The translations under genes were made by a program, and so were the position numbers. Below the pieces are notes generated by a model, which saw only the letters and a list, made by a program, of their open reading frames with translations, made no database searches and was not told the origin of the DNA. Shown here piece by piece: positions 17,373 to 26,094 of a stretch of 32,150 nt of DNA; the first letter of the stretch is position 1; every line of letters begins with the position of its first letter. This stretch comes from a virus (lineage: Duplodnaviria > Caudoviricetes): the IMG/VR virus record IMGVR_UViG_3300006103_000048, positions 1-32,150 of that record; one strand, 5' to 3'.

Positions 17373-17406
17373 AGCGAATTGAAGCCGAGGCCGCTATCTT
17401 TATTTA
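17373..17406 (-). promoter_or_regulatory. TAAATA late-type promoter followed by a degenerate copy of the queD leader stem-loop
   Basis: GTAAATAAAGAT-AGCGG-CCTCGGCTTCAAT-TCGCT. Confidence 0.55.
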
Positions 17407-17825
17407 CCTTTTGTAATTTCTTGTGCCAAAAAATCACTGAGGTTACCTACATCACAGAACTTATCTACCCTACATTGGTAGTCAATTGGTTCTGTAAACA
17501 TCTTATTGGTATCATCGTATATACCCATATCGATGGTGTTCATCCATACAGTATAGTCTGGTTCAATGATACTACGCATTATACTTAATGGACAAACCAT
17601 ATCAATGATTACATAATCTGTGTTTGATGAATCATCTGCTAGTTGTCGCATACGTGTTGCTTGTCGCAATCTACCCTCAACACTAAAATCCCAATCATTA
17701 TATTTTTCTCTAATGGTGTCAGCATTTAGCCAAAGTACTTTTGTTTCAAAGAATAATTGGGCAGTGAGTGCTGCTGCCAATGTGGTCTTGCCCGATCCCG
17801 GTAAACCCATAATAAGAATTCTCAT
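17400..17825 (-). CDS. Adenylylsulfate-kinase-like P-loop kinase
   Basis: GLPGSGKTT, LNADTIR..DWDFSVEGRLRQ. Confidence 0.75.
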   Translation of the reverse strand: MRILIMGLPGSGKTTLAAALTAQLFFETKVLWLNADTIREKYNDWDFSVEGRLRQATRMRQLADDSSNTDYVIIDMVCPLSIMRSIIEPDYTVWMNTIDMGIYDDTNKMFTEPIDYQCRVDKFCDVGNLSDFLAQEITKGK

Positions 17826-18043
17826 GAAAAATCCCTGACAATGATTGTGCCATAACTAGGCGAAAAGGTTTTGCAGCCAACATGCTTAATGGCAGCTTGT
17901 ACTAACTCTATCATTTTGATGCTGTTACCGCAAATGATAGTAAGTGGCATTTTACTTTGATTCATTAGAATAAAGTTTTCTACTATTCTAACTACATCTT
18001 CATGTCTAACACCATGTAAATCTAATTTATTGACATAGTTCAC
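17822..18043 (-). CDS. Stand-alone Smr-domain protein
   Basis: LDLHG...IICGNS. Confidence 0.75.
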   Translation of the reverse strand: MNYVNKLDLHGVRHEDVVRIVENFILMNQSKMPLTIICGNSIKMIELVQAAIKHVGCKTFSPSYGTIIVRDFS

Positions 18044-18228
18044 ACCAAATCCTCAAACATCTTTTTTCTACCTTCGATACCCAATTGGCTATCAAAGATT
18101 TCTGTAATACGTTGCAACATTGCACAAGCAAACATCAATTCTTCTTCACCGTTTTGGCACAAGAACAGTTGATGGTTTACTGGTTGCATCATGTCATGCA
18201 TTTTTTCTTTAATTTTTTCTCTATCCAT
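18040..18228 (-). CDS. Hypothetical protein
   Basis: ORF overlapping both neighbours. Confidence 0.7.
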   Translation of the reverse strand: MDREKIKEKMHDMMQPVNHQLFLCQNGEEELMFACAMLQRITEIFDSQLGIEGRKKMFEDLV

Positions 18229-18763
18229 TTAAATTCCTTACGTCAAACATTAGATGTAATCTAACACTATCTCCGTTATTTGCAACTGAGTGTCTTAAAT
18301 TTGAATCAAATCTATACATGGAACCTAAACTATCTACATTATAGTTTACATTACCTACAATGAAAACGCATTTGTCATTAGTTGTAATAGGCATATGAAA
18401 TCTATAACCTGCATAATCAATATGAGGTTCTATGTTTCTTCCCGGATATAACGCTGCATATTTAATACGTGTTGCGGTGAGATTTATCGTGTTCAACCAA
18501 GTCTCTACCAATAAACAAACTTCTTGTGTATATGTGTTTTGAAATTTTTTTAATATCTTTTTAACACTATACCAATTATTGTTAACATTTTCAAATGCGT
18601 CTAACAAATAATAATCTTCGTCTTTTTCATTAGTCTTAGATGTTGCACTATTAATTAAAAGTCTGCTATATTTACCACCATCAAAATTTAGTTCGTGGTC
18701 AATTCTATACCATTCTTGATATAATTTTTCGCAGTCAATATTAAATTCGTGCAATTTTTCCAT
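18221..18763 (-). CDS. Asp/Asn beta-hydroxylase-like 2OG-Fe(II) oxygenase
   Basis: PHID, RFHMPITTN, HSVAN, RLHLMFD. Confidence 0.8.
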   Translation of the reverse strand: MEKLHEFNIDCEKLYQEWYRIDHELNFDGGKYSRLLINSATSKTNEKDEDYYLLDAFENVNNNWYSVKKILKKFQNTYTQEVCLLVETWLNTINLTATRIKYAALYPGRNIEPHIDYAGYRFHMPITTNDKCVFIVGNVNYNVDSLGSMYRFDSNLRHSVANNGDSVRLHLMFDVRNLNG

Positions 18764-18766
18764 TAA

Positions 18767-19234
18767 TCATTTAGCTAGTTTAGTTTGTGCTTCTGCTACA
18801 CGCTTACGCAAACTTGTGCTACTGAAACTATGGTCACGACCATTGAATACAATATCAATACCACGGTGATAACATGCTTCGTCACCGGTAAATTGTTTAC
18901 CTTCGTATTCTACTCCCAAGATACGAACATTCAATGGCAGAATCAATAGTAAGTCAACCAAGTCTTGCTCAGTTTGATATACTACTACTTCGTCAACATA
19001 GCGACAGGCACTCAATTGAATTTGACGTTCTACAATACTTTGAATAGGTTTATTCTTGGTATCAGGACGATCAATAGTTGGATCAGTTTGCAAACCAGCA
19101 ATCAAATAATCACAATGATTCTTTGCTTCACTAAGCATGGCAATATGTCCGGCGTGTAATAGATCAAAGGTACTAAAAGTAATACCTATTACTTTTTCTT
19201 GTTCTCTAAGTTCTTTAATTTTGTTGAATATCAT
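18767..19234 (-). CDS. Glycerol-3-phosphate cytidylyltransferase-like (TagD-like)
   Basis: TFDLLHAGH (HxGH), ERQIQL..CRYVDEV, SSTSLR. Confidence 0.85.
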   Translation of the reverse strand: MIFNKIKELREQEKVIGITFSTFDLLHAGHIAMLSEAKNHCDYLIAGLQTDPTIDRPDTKNKPIQSIVERQIQLSACRYVDEVVVYQTEQDLVDLLLILPLNVRILGVEYEGKQFTGDEACYHRGIDIVFNGRDHSFSSTSLRKRVAEAQTKLAK

Positions 19235-19380
19235 TTTCTATAAAAATTAATTGTGTGTTCTTTTGGGTGTTTAGAACAATTACCCGATCTGTCACAGTCA
19301 CCGCATATGGGTTTACGTAAGTGTTTATATATTCTATATAATGCAATGCCTACAATAAACCCAACTATTAGATATTCCAT
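19231..19380 (-). CDS. Small TM + Cys-rich peptide, 49 aa
   Basis: Manual translation MEYLIVGFIVGIALYRIYKHLRKPICGDCDRSGNCSKHPKEHTINFYRK; ATGA-coupled to the next gene. Confidence 0.7.
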   Translation of the reverse strand: MEYLIVGFIVGIALYRIYKHLRKPICGDCDRSGNCSKHPKEHTINFYRK

Positions 19381-19390
19381 GACAATCCCT

Positions 19391-19630
19391 TTATCTTTTT
19401 AGGATATTCCACATATTTTCTTGTTCACATGCTTTAATGAATTCAGCTTCTGACGAACCAAAATTAGGACAATCCTTTAAGATGCTATCCACTAACCACT
19501 TGATTTTATATAAATCTTTTTTAAGTTCTAATGCAGTAAAGCCATCATTCCTAGAACTATTTAACTCTACACCAGTCATATAGATTTGATGATTTACTGC
19601 ATTATAGTCCATTGGTTTGCGAAATCCCAT
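19391..19630 (-). CDS. Hypothetical protein
   Basis: Start moved to MGFRKP at 19630 (AAGGA RBS). Confidence 0.7.
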   Translation of the reverse strand: MGFRKPMDYNAVNHQIYMTGVELNSSRNDGFTALELKKDLYKIKWLVDSILKDCPNFGSSEAEFIKACEQENMWNILKR

Positions 19631-19631
19631 A

Positions 19632-19751
19632 TTATTCCTTACATTTACAATTACGACCTTGATTACAATCTTGTGTGCAATCACTCTCGGGTAGTCTGCG
19701 AATAATTGAGATAGCAATGCCTAACACAATCAAAATAAGTAACAGATTCAT
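19632..19751 (-). CDS. Small TM + Cys-rich peptide, 39 aa
   Basis: Manual translation MNLLLILIVLGIAISIIRRLPESDCTQDCNQGRNCKCKE; ATGA-coupled to folE. Confidence 0.65.
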   Translation of the reverse strand: MNLLLILIVLGIAISIIRRLPESDCTQDCNQGRNCKCKE

Positions 19752-20425
19752 TTGCCCATCCTAGCAATAGACAAGAATTCGCTACGTGCCGCTGGATCAG
19801 TTTTGAAACCACCACCTAAGCGACAAGTAACAGTAGAGCTACCTGTATCCTCAACACCACGTGACTTTACGCAATAATGTTGTGCATCAATCATTACCGC
19901 AACATCTTCAGTCTCCAGTATAAATTGGAGAGTGTGGAAGATTTGTTCGGTGAGTCGCTCTTGGATTTGAGGGCGCTTACTGAAATACTCAACAATACGG
20001 TTAATTTTTGATAATCCGAGGACTTTCTGTTTAGGAACATATGCCACAGTAGCGAGACCATCAATGACAACAAAGTGATGTTCGCAATTACTTTGCACAT
20101 TAACGTTGCGTTCAACGACCATTTCATTGTAATGCATCTTGTTATCGACAGTCGTACACTTTGGAAATGCATCATAATCTAACCCCCAAAAGATTTCATT
20201 AACGTACATTTTAGCAACACGCTTGGGTGTTTCAATAAGACTATCATCAGACAAATCTAAGCCCATAGTTTCCATGATAGCTTTGAAATGACCCTCAATG
20301 ATGTGAATCTTATCAGTACGAATCAATTTGTTTGGTGTTACAGGTGTCTCAACACCCATTTTGACTAAGTGTTCATGCACTCGTAGACCTAATTCTGGAT
20401 CAGTTTTTGTTTTATTATAACTCAT
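19748..20425 (-). CDS. folE: GTP cyclohydrolase I
   Basis: ETPKRVAKMY, CEHHF, GLSKINR, RPQIQERLT, HYCVKSRGV. Confidence 0.96.
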   Translation of the reverse strand: MSYNKTKTDPELGLRVHEHLVKMGVETPVTPNKLIRTDKIHIIEGHFKAIMETMGLDLSDDSLIETPKRVAKMYVNEIFWGLDYDAFPKCTTVDNKMHYNEMVVERNVNVQSNCEHHFVVIDGLATVAYVPKQKVLGLSKINRIVEYFSKRPQIQERLTEQIFHTLQFILETEDVAVMIDAQHYCVKSRGVEDTGSSTVTCRLGGGFKTDPAARSEFLSIARMGK

Positions 20426-20429
20426 AGAT

Positions 20430-20498
20430 AACCTTCCGTTGTGATGGTTTTTGTTTTGAAATGTAAGCTACCGTTGTGTAGCTTACATGATTATTTAT
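20430..20498 (-). promoter_or_regulatory. folE leader: ATAAATA promoter plus two hairpins with identical ACAACG loops
   Basis: Perfect 11-bp stem 20461-20488; second stem 20430-20449 includes the GGAAGG SD. Confidence 0.65.
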
Positions 20499-20779
20499 CA
20501 TTTATTTTTCTTTGCATTAACTTTATAATAGGCTTCATCGAACAATTTACCGATATAGTCATCATATACAGGGCTATGAAAAGTTTCTAGATCCATGCAT
20601 GGTTTTTTATACTCTTCGTCCCACCAACTAGGAGGATCGGTATTTGTACCTAAAATGTTTAAGCCCATATTAAATCTGACAAGAGAGCCGGTCATTCCGT
20701 TTTCAATGGTATCAGGCGATGAATTTTCTATGAGAAGATCGCATCGTCTACGTAATTCAGACATTACTATTTGATCCAT
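20498..20779 (-). CDS. Hypothetical protein
   Basis: ORF in operon context. Confidence 0.7.
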   Translation of the reverse strand: MDQIVMSELRRRCDLLIENSSPDTIENGMTGSLVRFNMGLNILGTNTDPPSWWDEEYKKPCMDLETFHSPVYDDYIGKLFDEAYYKVNAKKNK

Positions 20780-20781
20780 AG

Positions 20782-20982
20782 TTAACCCTTACTTGCTGCT
20801 TTTTCTGCGGCACGTGCGTTTTTAGTTTCAGTGATTTCATTACGGCGAGCCTTAACTGCCTTAGCAAGTTCTGCTAATGCTTTACGGGCACGTGTGCCTG
20901 CGGCTGCGTTGCCTGCTTCAAACTTTGCAGATTCAGTTTGGTATGCTGCCATTTGTGTTTCGATATCTTGATGTGCGCTCAT
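20782..20982 (-). CDS. Histone H1-like Hc1-family nucleoid protein
   Basis: KFEAGNAAAGTRARKALAEL. Confidence 0.8.
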   Translation of the reverse strand: MSAHQDIETQMAAYQTESAKFEAGNAAAGTRARKALAELAKAVKARRNEITETKNARAAEKAASKG

Positions 20983-21182
20983 AGTTTTTCCTTTGTTTTG
21001 CGTTTTGTTTTTGCCTTTACGGCCTTAGTTTCAACACTAGCGATTGCCTCACGAACATCTCGCAATAGTGCTTCATCATCCCATTCCAATTTAGTAGTAC
21101 CGTCTGAAAAAGTAGTTACAGTTAAGTGACTACCTCTGACGACACCACTTGGATCAATTGTTTTCTTTTTACGTGTTGCCAT
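20979..21182 (-). CDS. Small basic hypothetical protein
   Basis: Lys-rich termini. Confidence 0.75.
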   Translation of the reverse strand: MATRKKKTIDPSGVVRGSHLTVTTFSDGTTKLEWDDEALLRDVREAIASVETKAVKAKTKRKTKEKL

Positions 21183-21195
21183 AAGTTATTCCCTA

Positions 21196-21960
21196 TTATA
21201 CGATTGTATCATACAACATATTTTTTTCAATCAAATAGGGTATAATAACTCTATTTGTTAGTTCTATATGTTGTTCTGTACTAGGGTGTGGGTCTGGTGG
21301 TCGAGCAAAGTCTTTGCCGGATATAAATCTACACCATTGATAGCAGTTTTCAATTGGTAACCAACATGACTTATCTATTTGATTCCACAAAAATTTAATT
21401 TCTTTGTTATCTTTCCATTCTTTATTGAAGGGGAATTCATCGAATGCAGCATAATCAAACTCAGTCATAAAATAAGGAATGTTGTTTGATTTTAAAAACC
21501 ACTGGACTCTTAATATATGCTCAAGTGTATTGATTAAACTATCTTCAAAATTATAAGAATTTTTAAAGAAGTTTGTAGTCAATGGGTCATTCCAATGCTC
21601 ATTAATAATGTACCATTTTGATTCTTGAGTATAACCCTTTGCAGGATTAGAATAAGAATCGTGGCCAAAGCCTAATTCATTACATTCTAACGGTTTAATT
21701 GAATAATAATCTCTTCGTTTAAAACTACTCCACATAATACCCACTAACATTTCGTTAGGCTTATATGTTTCAAGATGTTTAGTTACTTCCCTAATTACTC
21801 TGCGACTAATCATTCCATTACCCGCCGCACCTAATCCGGTATGACTAACCGATTCAGGTTTGATATAGTTATCTAAGTGATGAACCCAATTAATATCACG
21901 ATTATTAGGTTGGCTAAAACTACAGCCACCAGTAATTAAACATTTCACATTCTTTGCCAT
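21196..21960 (-). CDS. SGNH-hydrolase-like protein
   Basis: GGCSFS, GAAGN, IMWS...R, DPHPS (DxHP). Confidence 0.65.
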   Translation of the reverse strand: MAKNVKCLITGGCSFSQPNNRDINWVHHLDNYIKPESVSHTGLGAAGNGMISRRVIREVTKHLETYKPNEMLVGIMWSSFKRRDYYSIKPLECNELGFGHDSYSNPAKGYTQESKWYIINEHWNDPLTTNFFKNSYNFEDSLINTLEHILRVQWFLKSNNIPYFMTEFDYAAFDEFPFNKEWKDNKEIKFLWNQIDKSCWLPIENCYQWCRFISGKDFARPPDPHPSTEQHIELTNRVIIPYLIEKNMLYDTIV

Positions 21961-21962
21961 TA

Positions 21963-23033
21963 TTACCCTGCATAAACTCTGTTGTATTGATTATTTACAC
22001 GAACAAAGGTAGTGCATTTACTTAATTGTTTCAATGATGGTGCTCCTACATATGTGCAACTACTACGCAGTCCACCAAGAATGTTTAATACAGTATTCTT
22101 TACAGGGCCACGATATGGCACACGTACAGTACGACCTTCGCTACTACGGTATTCAGCAACACCACCTGAATGTTTTTCCATAGCAGTATCGCTACTCATG
22201 CCATAGAATTCCACAAACTTTTTAACGTCAATGTCATGTGTATAATTATCTTTTTGTAGTTTGGGTAGTTCATACAAGTCTTCAATAACATTACCACCAC
22301 CTTCATCATGTCCTGCAAACATACCACCGAGCATTACAAAGTCAGCGCCCGCACCGAAAGCCTTAGCAACGTCCCCAGGACAAGTGCATCCGCCATCAGC
22401 AATAATGTGTCCACCAAGACCGTGAGCGGCATCGGCACATTCAATAATAGCACTAAGTTGTGGGTAGCCCACACCAGTTTGAATACGAGTAGTACAAACG
22501 CTACCAGGCCCAATCCCAACTTTAACAATGTCCGCACCACGTAAAATTAACTCCTGTGTCATGTCTGCTGTAACAACGTTACCAGCAATAATTGTTTTGT
22601 CCATAAACTCTTTACGAACTTTAGCAACAAAGTCTCCAAAATGTTCACTATATCCATTGGCAACATCAATGCAAATAAATTTGATATTAGGATTTGCAGA
22701 CAAAATAGTAACTAAGTTTTGATAGTCTTTGTCACTAATACCAGTGCTTACTGCCAAACGTGTATAATCAATGTCATTGTTAAAGTCATCATTGTTGTAT
22801 GATTTGACCAAACAGGTAAACAATTTATGTTCACTTAATGTTTTGCTCATCTCAAAAGTACCGACTCCATCCATGTTAGCAGCCATCATGGGTACACCGG
22901 TGTACGTCTGTTTACTATGTCTAAATGTATAAGTGCGGGTTAAATCAACTTCTTTACGACTAGCAAGTGTACTACGTTTAGGACGAATCAACACATCACT
23001 AAAATCTAACTTAACTTCATTTTCAATACGCAT
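21963..23033 (-). CDS. guaC: GMP reductase
   Basis: [57 protein letters not shown]. Start moved to 23033. Confidence 0.95.
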   Translation of the reverse strand: MRIENEVKLDFSDVLIRPKRSTLASRKEVDLTRTYTFRHSKQTYTGVPMMAANMDGVGTFEMSKTLSEHKLFTCLVKSYNNDDFNNDIDYTRLAVSTGISDKDYQNLVTILSANPNIKFICIDVANGYSEHFGDFVAKVRKEFMDKTIIAGNVVTADMTQELILRGADIVKVGIGPGSVCTTRIQTGVGYPQLSAIIECADAAHGLGGHIIADGGCTCPGDVAKAFGAGADFVMLGGMFAGHDEGGGNVIEDLYELPKLQKDNYTHDIDVKKFVEFYGMSSDTAMEKHSGGVAEYRSSEGRTVRVPYRGPVKNTVLNILGGLRSSCTYVGAPSLKQLSKCTTFVRVNNQYNRVYAG

Positions 23034-23034
23034 T

Positions 23035-24222
23035 TTAATACTTTCTTTCTTTAGTATGTTTACGATAATTTGTATCCATACGCAATAGTTGCTGACCACG
23101 ACCTTCTAAGATGTTACAGATACGATCAATGGTACCTGCTGTGTGATCACTAATCTTATCAACATTAGGATGTTGTACAGTTAATAGTTTATGTAATTTT
23201 TCAATAGCATCATCAATAGACCATGGGATATACAATCGTTCAGGGTCATTACCAAATGTTTCGGGGAAACTACGATATGCAGGATATAAAACATTACAAC
23301 GCAATGCATCTGCTTCGCTTACAGTATTACTTACCCAGTCTTGCAATGCACAGTTAAACAACACACGTGTGTCATTCAGCAACAGATAGTAATTGGTCTT
23401 GTCTAAGTTTTCATAGACTTTAAGTGTACCCTCATCACGCATTCTGTTTGTGCGAGCCATGTAACTATTGTTGTTACTACGTAAAGTGCTACCACTGAAT
23501 ACACAAAATTCTACATCAGAGTCTGGATATAAGTCATTCCACTTGTCAATCAAGTCCATGTAAAAGTCTGGTTGTTTTTCTTGATCCCATCGTGCGGCGA
23601 ATGCTACACGCATAGCACGTTCATTAAACAACTTAATGTCTTGTCCACTGTCAAGAACTCTGCGTCTTACTTCTTCTTTGCCAAATGCTAATCCACTGAT
23701 GTTATAGATTGGTGCTTCCCAGCCTGCAATCTTCATGTGCATTACCATTTCTTCATTACTTGCAAGTACACCGTCTACGAATTCATTAACCATCTTTTCG
23801 TAGAGACCCATCCACTTTGACATACCCCAAACATGAACAAAGTCATCCGGATCAATGGACTGAGCAAGGCAACGTACAAAAACACGAGGGCGTAAGTTGT
23901 CAGGAATTTGATTGAGAATATAAGGTATGCTCTCAATACCGGGCTGAAACATATCTTCAAAGTAGATAACATCTTCATTTGTAATTTCTCCTTCTTTCAT
24001 CATTTTAACCAAATTCATCATCTGGCTCATACCAAAATAACTACGACCATGTGCATCTAATACTTGCCCAGTAACAATGCTCTTGCTACTATCAAGTGTA
24101 TCTCCCGGCACAATAATATAATTAATACCGCGGCGCTTGAATACTTCAACGTTCCAGTCTGTTAGTTGAAGTGTGTATCTGTCTTTATAAGGCTCTAGGC
24201 CCATGTAATATAGTTTTCTCAT
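23035..24222 (-). CDS. GT-B glycosyltransferase (divergent GT4-like)
   Basis: [33 protein letters not shown]. Confidence 0.75.
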   Translation of the reverse strand: MRKLYYMGLEPYKDRYTLQLTDWNVEVFKRRGINYIIVPGDTLDSSKSIVTGQVLDAHGRSYFGMSQMMNLVKMMKEGEITNEDVIYFEDMFQPGIESIPYILNQIPDNLRPRVFVRCLAQSIDPDDFVHVWGMSKWMGLYEKMVNEFVDGVLASNEEMVMHMKIAGWEAPIYNISGLAFGKEEVRRRVLDSGQDIKLFNERAMRVAFAARWDQEKQPDFYMDLIDKWNDLYPDSDVEFCVFSGSTLRSNNNSYMARTNRMRDEGTLKVYENLDKTNYYLLLNDTRVLFNCALQDWVSNTVSEADALRCNVLYPAYRSFPETFGNDPERLYIPWSIDDAIEKLHKLLTVQHPNVDKISDHTAGTIDRICNILEGRGQQLLRMDTNYRKHTKERKY

Positions 24223-24416
24223 TTTATAAATCTCGGAATATGTTCTACTGTACCTGCATATTGAAATGAATCTAGCATGGGCAACAATGTTGCTAGGTCA
24301 TTTACAGGGTGACGCTCAATGTACTTGTGTTCCCCGTCAATTAACATAAAGTACAATTTGATTGTACCCTCGTCTACTTGTGGTTTAAATATATATTCTA
24401 AATCTTCTAATATCAT
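24219..24416 (-). CDS. Hypothetical protein
   Basis: ATGA overlaps on both sides. Confidence 0.7.
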   Translation of the reverse strand: MILEDLEYIFKPQVDEGTIKLYFMLIDGEHKYIERHPVNDLATLLPMLDSFQYAGTVEHIPRFIK

Positions 24417-25174
24417 ATATTTTTTCTCTCAATATCTTCTTCAACACATGATGATCCATATTGAACTTCAAGTATGTGACAATAGTCATAATAGTTATTT
24501 TGACCTTGATGCCAAACACCTTGTGAAATATTATATGTTTCATTTTCCTCTTTAGATATTACTATTATATCATTATTGTATATAGTTGCAATATCGCATT
24601 TACCCTTAAGTATATACCAATGCTCACTACGTTTAAAATGGCGTTGCATACTTAAATTCTTACCGGGTTCGATTACAAGTTCTTTAACTTTGTAACCAAT
24701 CTTGTCATCTAACACACGATACCATCCCCATGACCTATAAGTTTTAGGATTCTTCCATTCTTCTAATATCCAACTACTGCTGTTCTTTTTGTTTGTTCCA
24801 CCAACACCAAATACAAATTCAATGTTATTATCAACAATATCCATTTCAGGGATATTTTGTTGAGTGCGATCACCACCGTTGGCAAATACTATTTTTGCCA
24901 TGGGCCACATCTCACGAACTTTGTTGATAGCATCTTTACTGCTACCATCACTATCATTAAAATCTATAACAACATCTACATTTTTTAATGATTCAATAAT
25001 TGCCTTACGCTCAGACAACGGCATGAATGGTTGACCTTTTTTACGAGTCAACCATTCATCGCTATTGACACCTACTACTAGTGTGTCGCCCAATTCACAT
25101 GCAGACTTGATATACTCTAAATGTCCACTGTGAACTGGGTCGAACCCACCGGTGATCAATACGATTTTACGCAT
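24413..25174 (-). CDS. Cytidylyl/adenylyltransferase (RfaE-II-like) fused to a mannose-6-phosphate-isomerase-type cupin
   Basis: GGFDPVHSGH, FANGGDR, NSSSWIL; RSWGWY, LSMQRH..RSEHW, WHQ, EVQYG..EEDIER. Confidence 0.88.
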   Translation of the reverse strand: MRKIVLITGGFDPVHSGHLEYIKSACELGDTLVVGVNSDEWLTRKKGQPFMPLSERKAIIESLKNVDVVIDFNDSDGSSKDAINKVREMWPMAKIVFANGGDRTQQNIPEMDIVDNNIEFVFGVGGTNKKNSSSWILEEWKNPKTYRSWGWYRVLDDKIGYKVKELVIEPGKNLSMQRHFKRSEHWYILKGKCDIATIYNNDIIVISKEENETYNISQGVWHQGQNNYYDYCHILEVQYGSSCVEEDIERKNI

Positions 25175-25385
25175 TGAAGCGGGGTTTAGCATCTAACTCC
25201 CACATATCCTTGAAGGGTTTGCCTGTTACGGCTTTTTGAAATTGACGCCACACGTAACTACGTGTGCTGTACAAATCGTTCTCATCGAACTTATAACCAT
25301 AATCCTTACAGAATTCTAAATAGAATTCCAAATCGTTGAAGATTTGATTGACCTTAGGATTTTGTTTGTGTTCGTACTTAGCCAT
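25167..25385 (-). CDS. Hypothetical protein
   Basis: AAGGA RBS. Confidence 0.75.
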   Translation of the reverse strand: MAKYEHKQNPKVNQIFNDLEFYLEFCKDYGYKFDENDLYSTRSYVWRQFQKAVTGKPFKDMWELDAKPRFNA

Positions 25386-25394
25386 GATTTTCCT

Positions 25395-25844
25395 TTAAAC
25401 GCTAATAAGTTGCGGTTTATGTGTTGAATAATAAATTGTAGCACCGTTCTCACCATCTTCGCTTACAGTGATTTCGATGTTACGCTCTGGATATCGACTA
25501 GCAATGACTTCATAAAGGTCATCACTAATCATTTCACAACTCTTGTAATTCAATTCAAGAATACCCTGAGAGTATTGATTCTCAAGCCATCTCTTAAATT
25601 GAATAAACTCAATATCCCTATCGTTGTGAAATACTTCAATCGCCACATTAAAGTGAAAGATGTGACGATGTGGAGTTCCTAGAAAACAGACATCATATTC
25701 ATCACCCGTTGCAAGTGATGGGTCAGTTGCGGCTGCTGGATAGCAATGAATACCTTCTTTTTGAAAGGTAACAAAGATCATACGTTTAGCCTGTTCTTTA
25801 ATTCTGTTGCGTGTTAGCAAGTGTGTTTGTTCTTGATTGTTCAT
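25395..25844 (-). CDS. QueD-paralogue T-fold enzyme, DpdL-like (putative CDG decarboxylase)
   Basis: EGIH, LGTPHRHIF (LxxxHRHxF), RDIEFI, SCEM, VSEDGENGA. Confidence 0.7.
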   Translation of the reverse strand: MNNQEQTHLLTRNRIKEQAKRMIFVTFQKEGIHCYPAAATDPSLATGDEYDVCFLGTPHRHIFHFNVAIEVFHNDRDIEFIQFKRWLENQYSQGILELNYKSCEMISDDLYEVIASRYPERNIEITVSEDGENGATIYYSTHKPQLISV

Positions 25845-25845
25845 A

Positions 25846-26028
25846 TTAATAGTCACGGTCGTCAAAACTTACAGTTTCGTGTTCATCTTCCCACTTCAAA
25901 CGTCTAAGTCTTGTCAATTCATTGTAAACTTTTGCACGTTCAGTATTGGCTGCTTCATCACCCTCGTTTGCACGTTTGGTCAAGTCTTCAAACATATTTT
26001 CTAACTTACTAATTCGTACTTCGTACAT
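25846..26028 (-). CDS. Hypothetical coiled-coil protein
   Basis: AGGGGA RBS and an upstream promoter. Confidence 0.7.
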   Translation of the reverse strand: MYEVRISKLENMFEDLTKRANEGDEAANTERAKVYNELTRLRRLKWEDEHETVSFDDRDY

Positions 26029-26050
26029 ATTAATGTCCCCTATGTCTAGT

Positions 26051-26079
26051 ATTATATACTGTTTTGATTTATTTGCAAA
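26051..26079 (-). promoter_or_regulatory. Sigma70-like promoter
   Basis: TTTGCA-aataaatcaaaacagta-TATAAT. Confidence 0.65.
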
Positions 26080-26094
26080 CGATTATGGTTAATG

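Noticed and set aside
16710-17400. Group I intron around the GIY-YIG gene
   Set aside because: The flanking genes are intact and the non-coding flanks (about 80 and 57 nt) are too short for an intron core.
20461-20488. Rho-independent terminator
   Set aside because: There is no real U-tract, it lies just after a promoter motif, and its loop is repeated at the SD.
21963-23033. IMP dehydrogenase (guaB)
   Set aside because: The N-terminus and the VANGYSE / SVCTTR / SSEG motifs match GuaC; there are no CBS domains.
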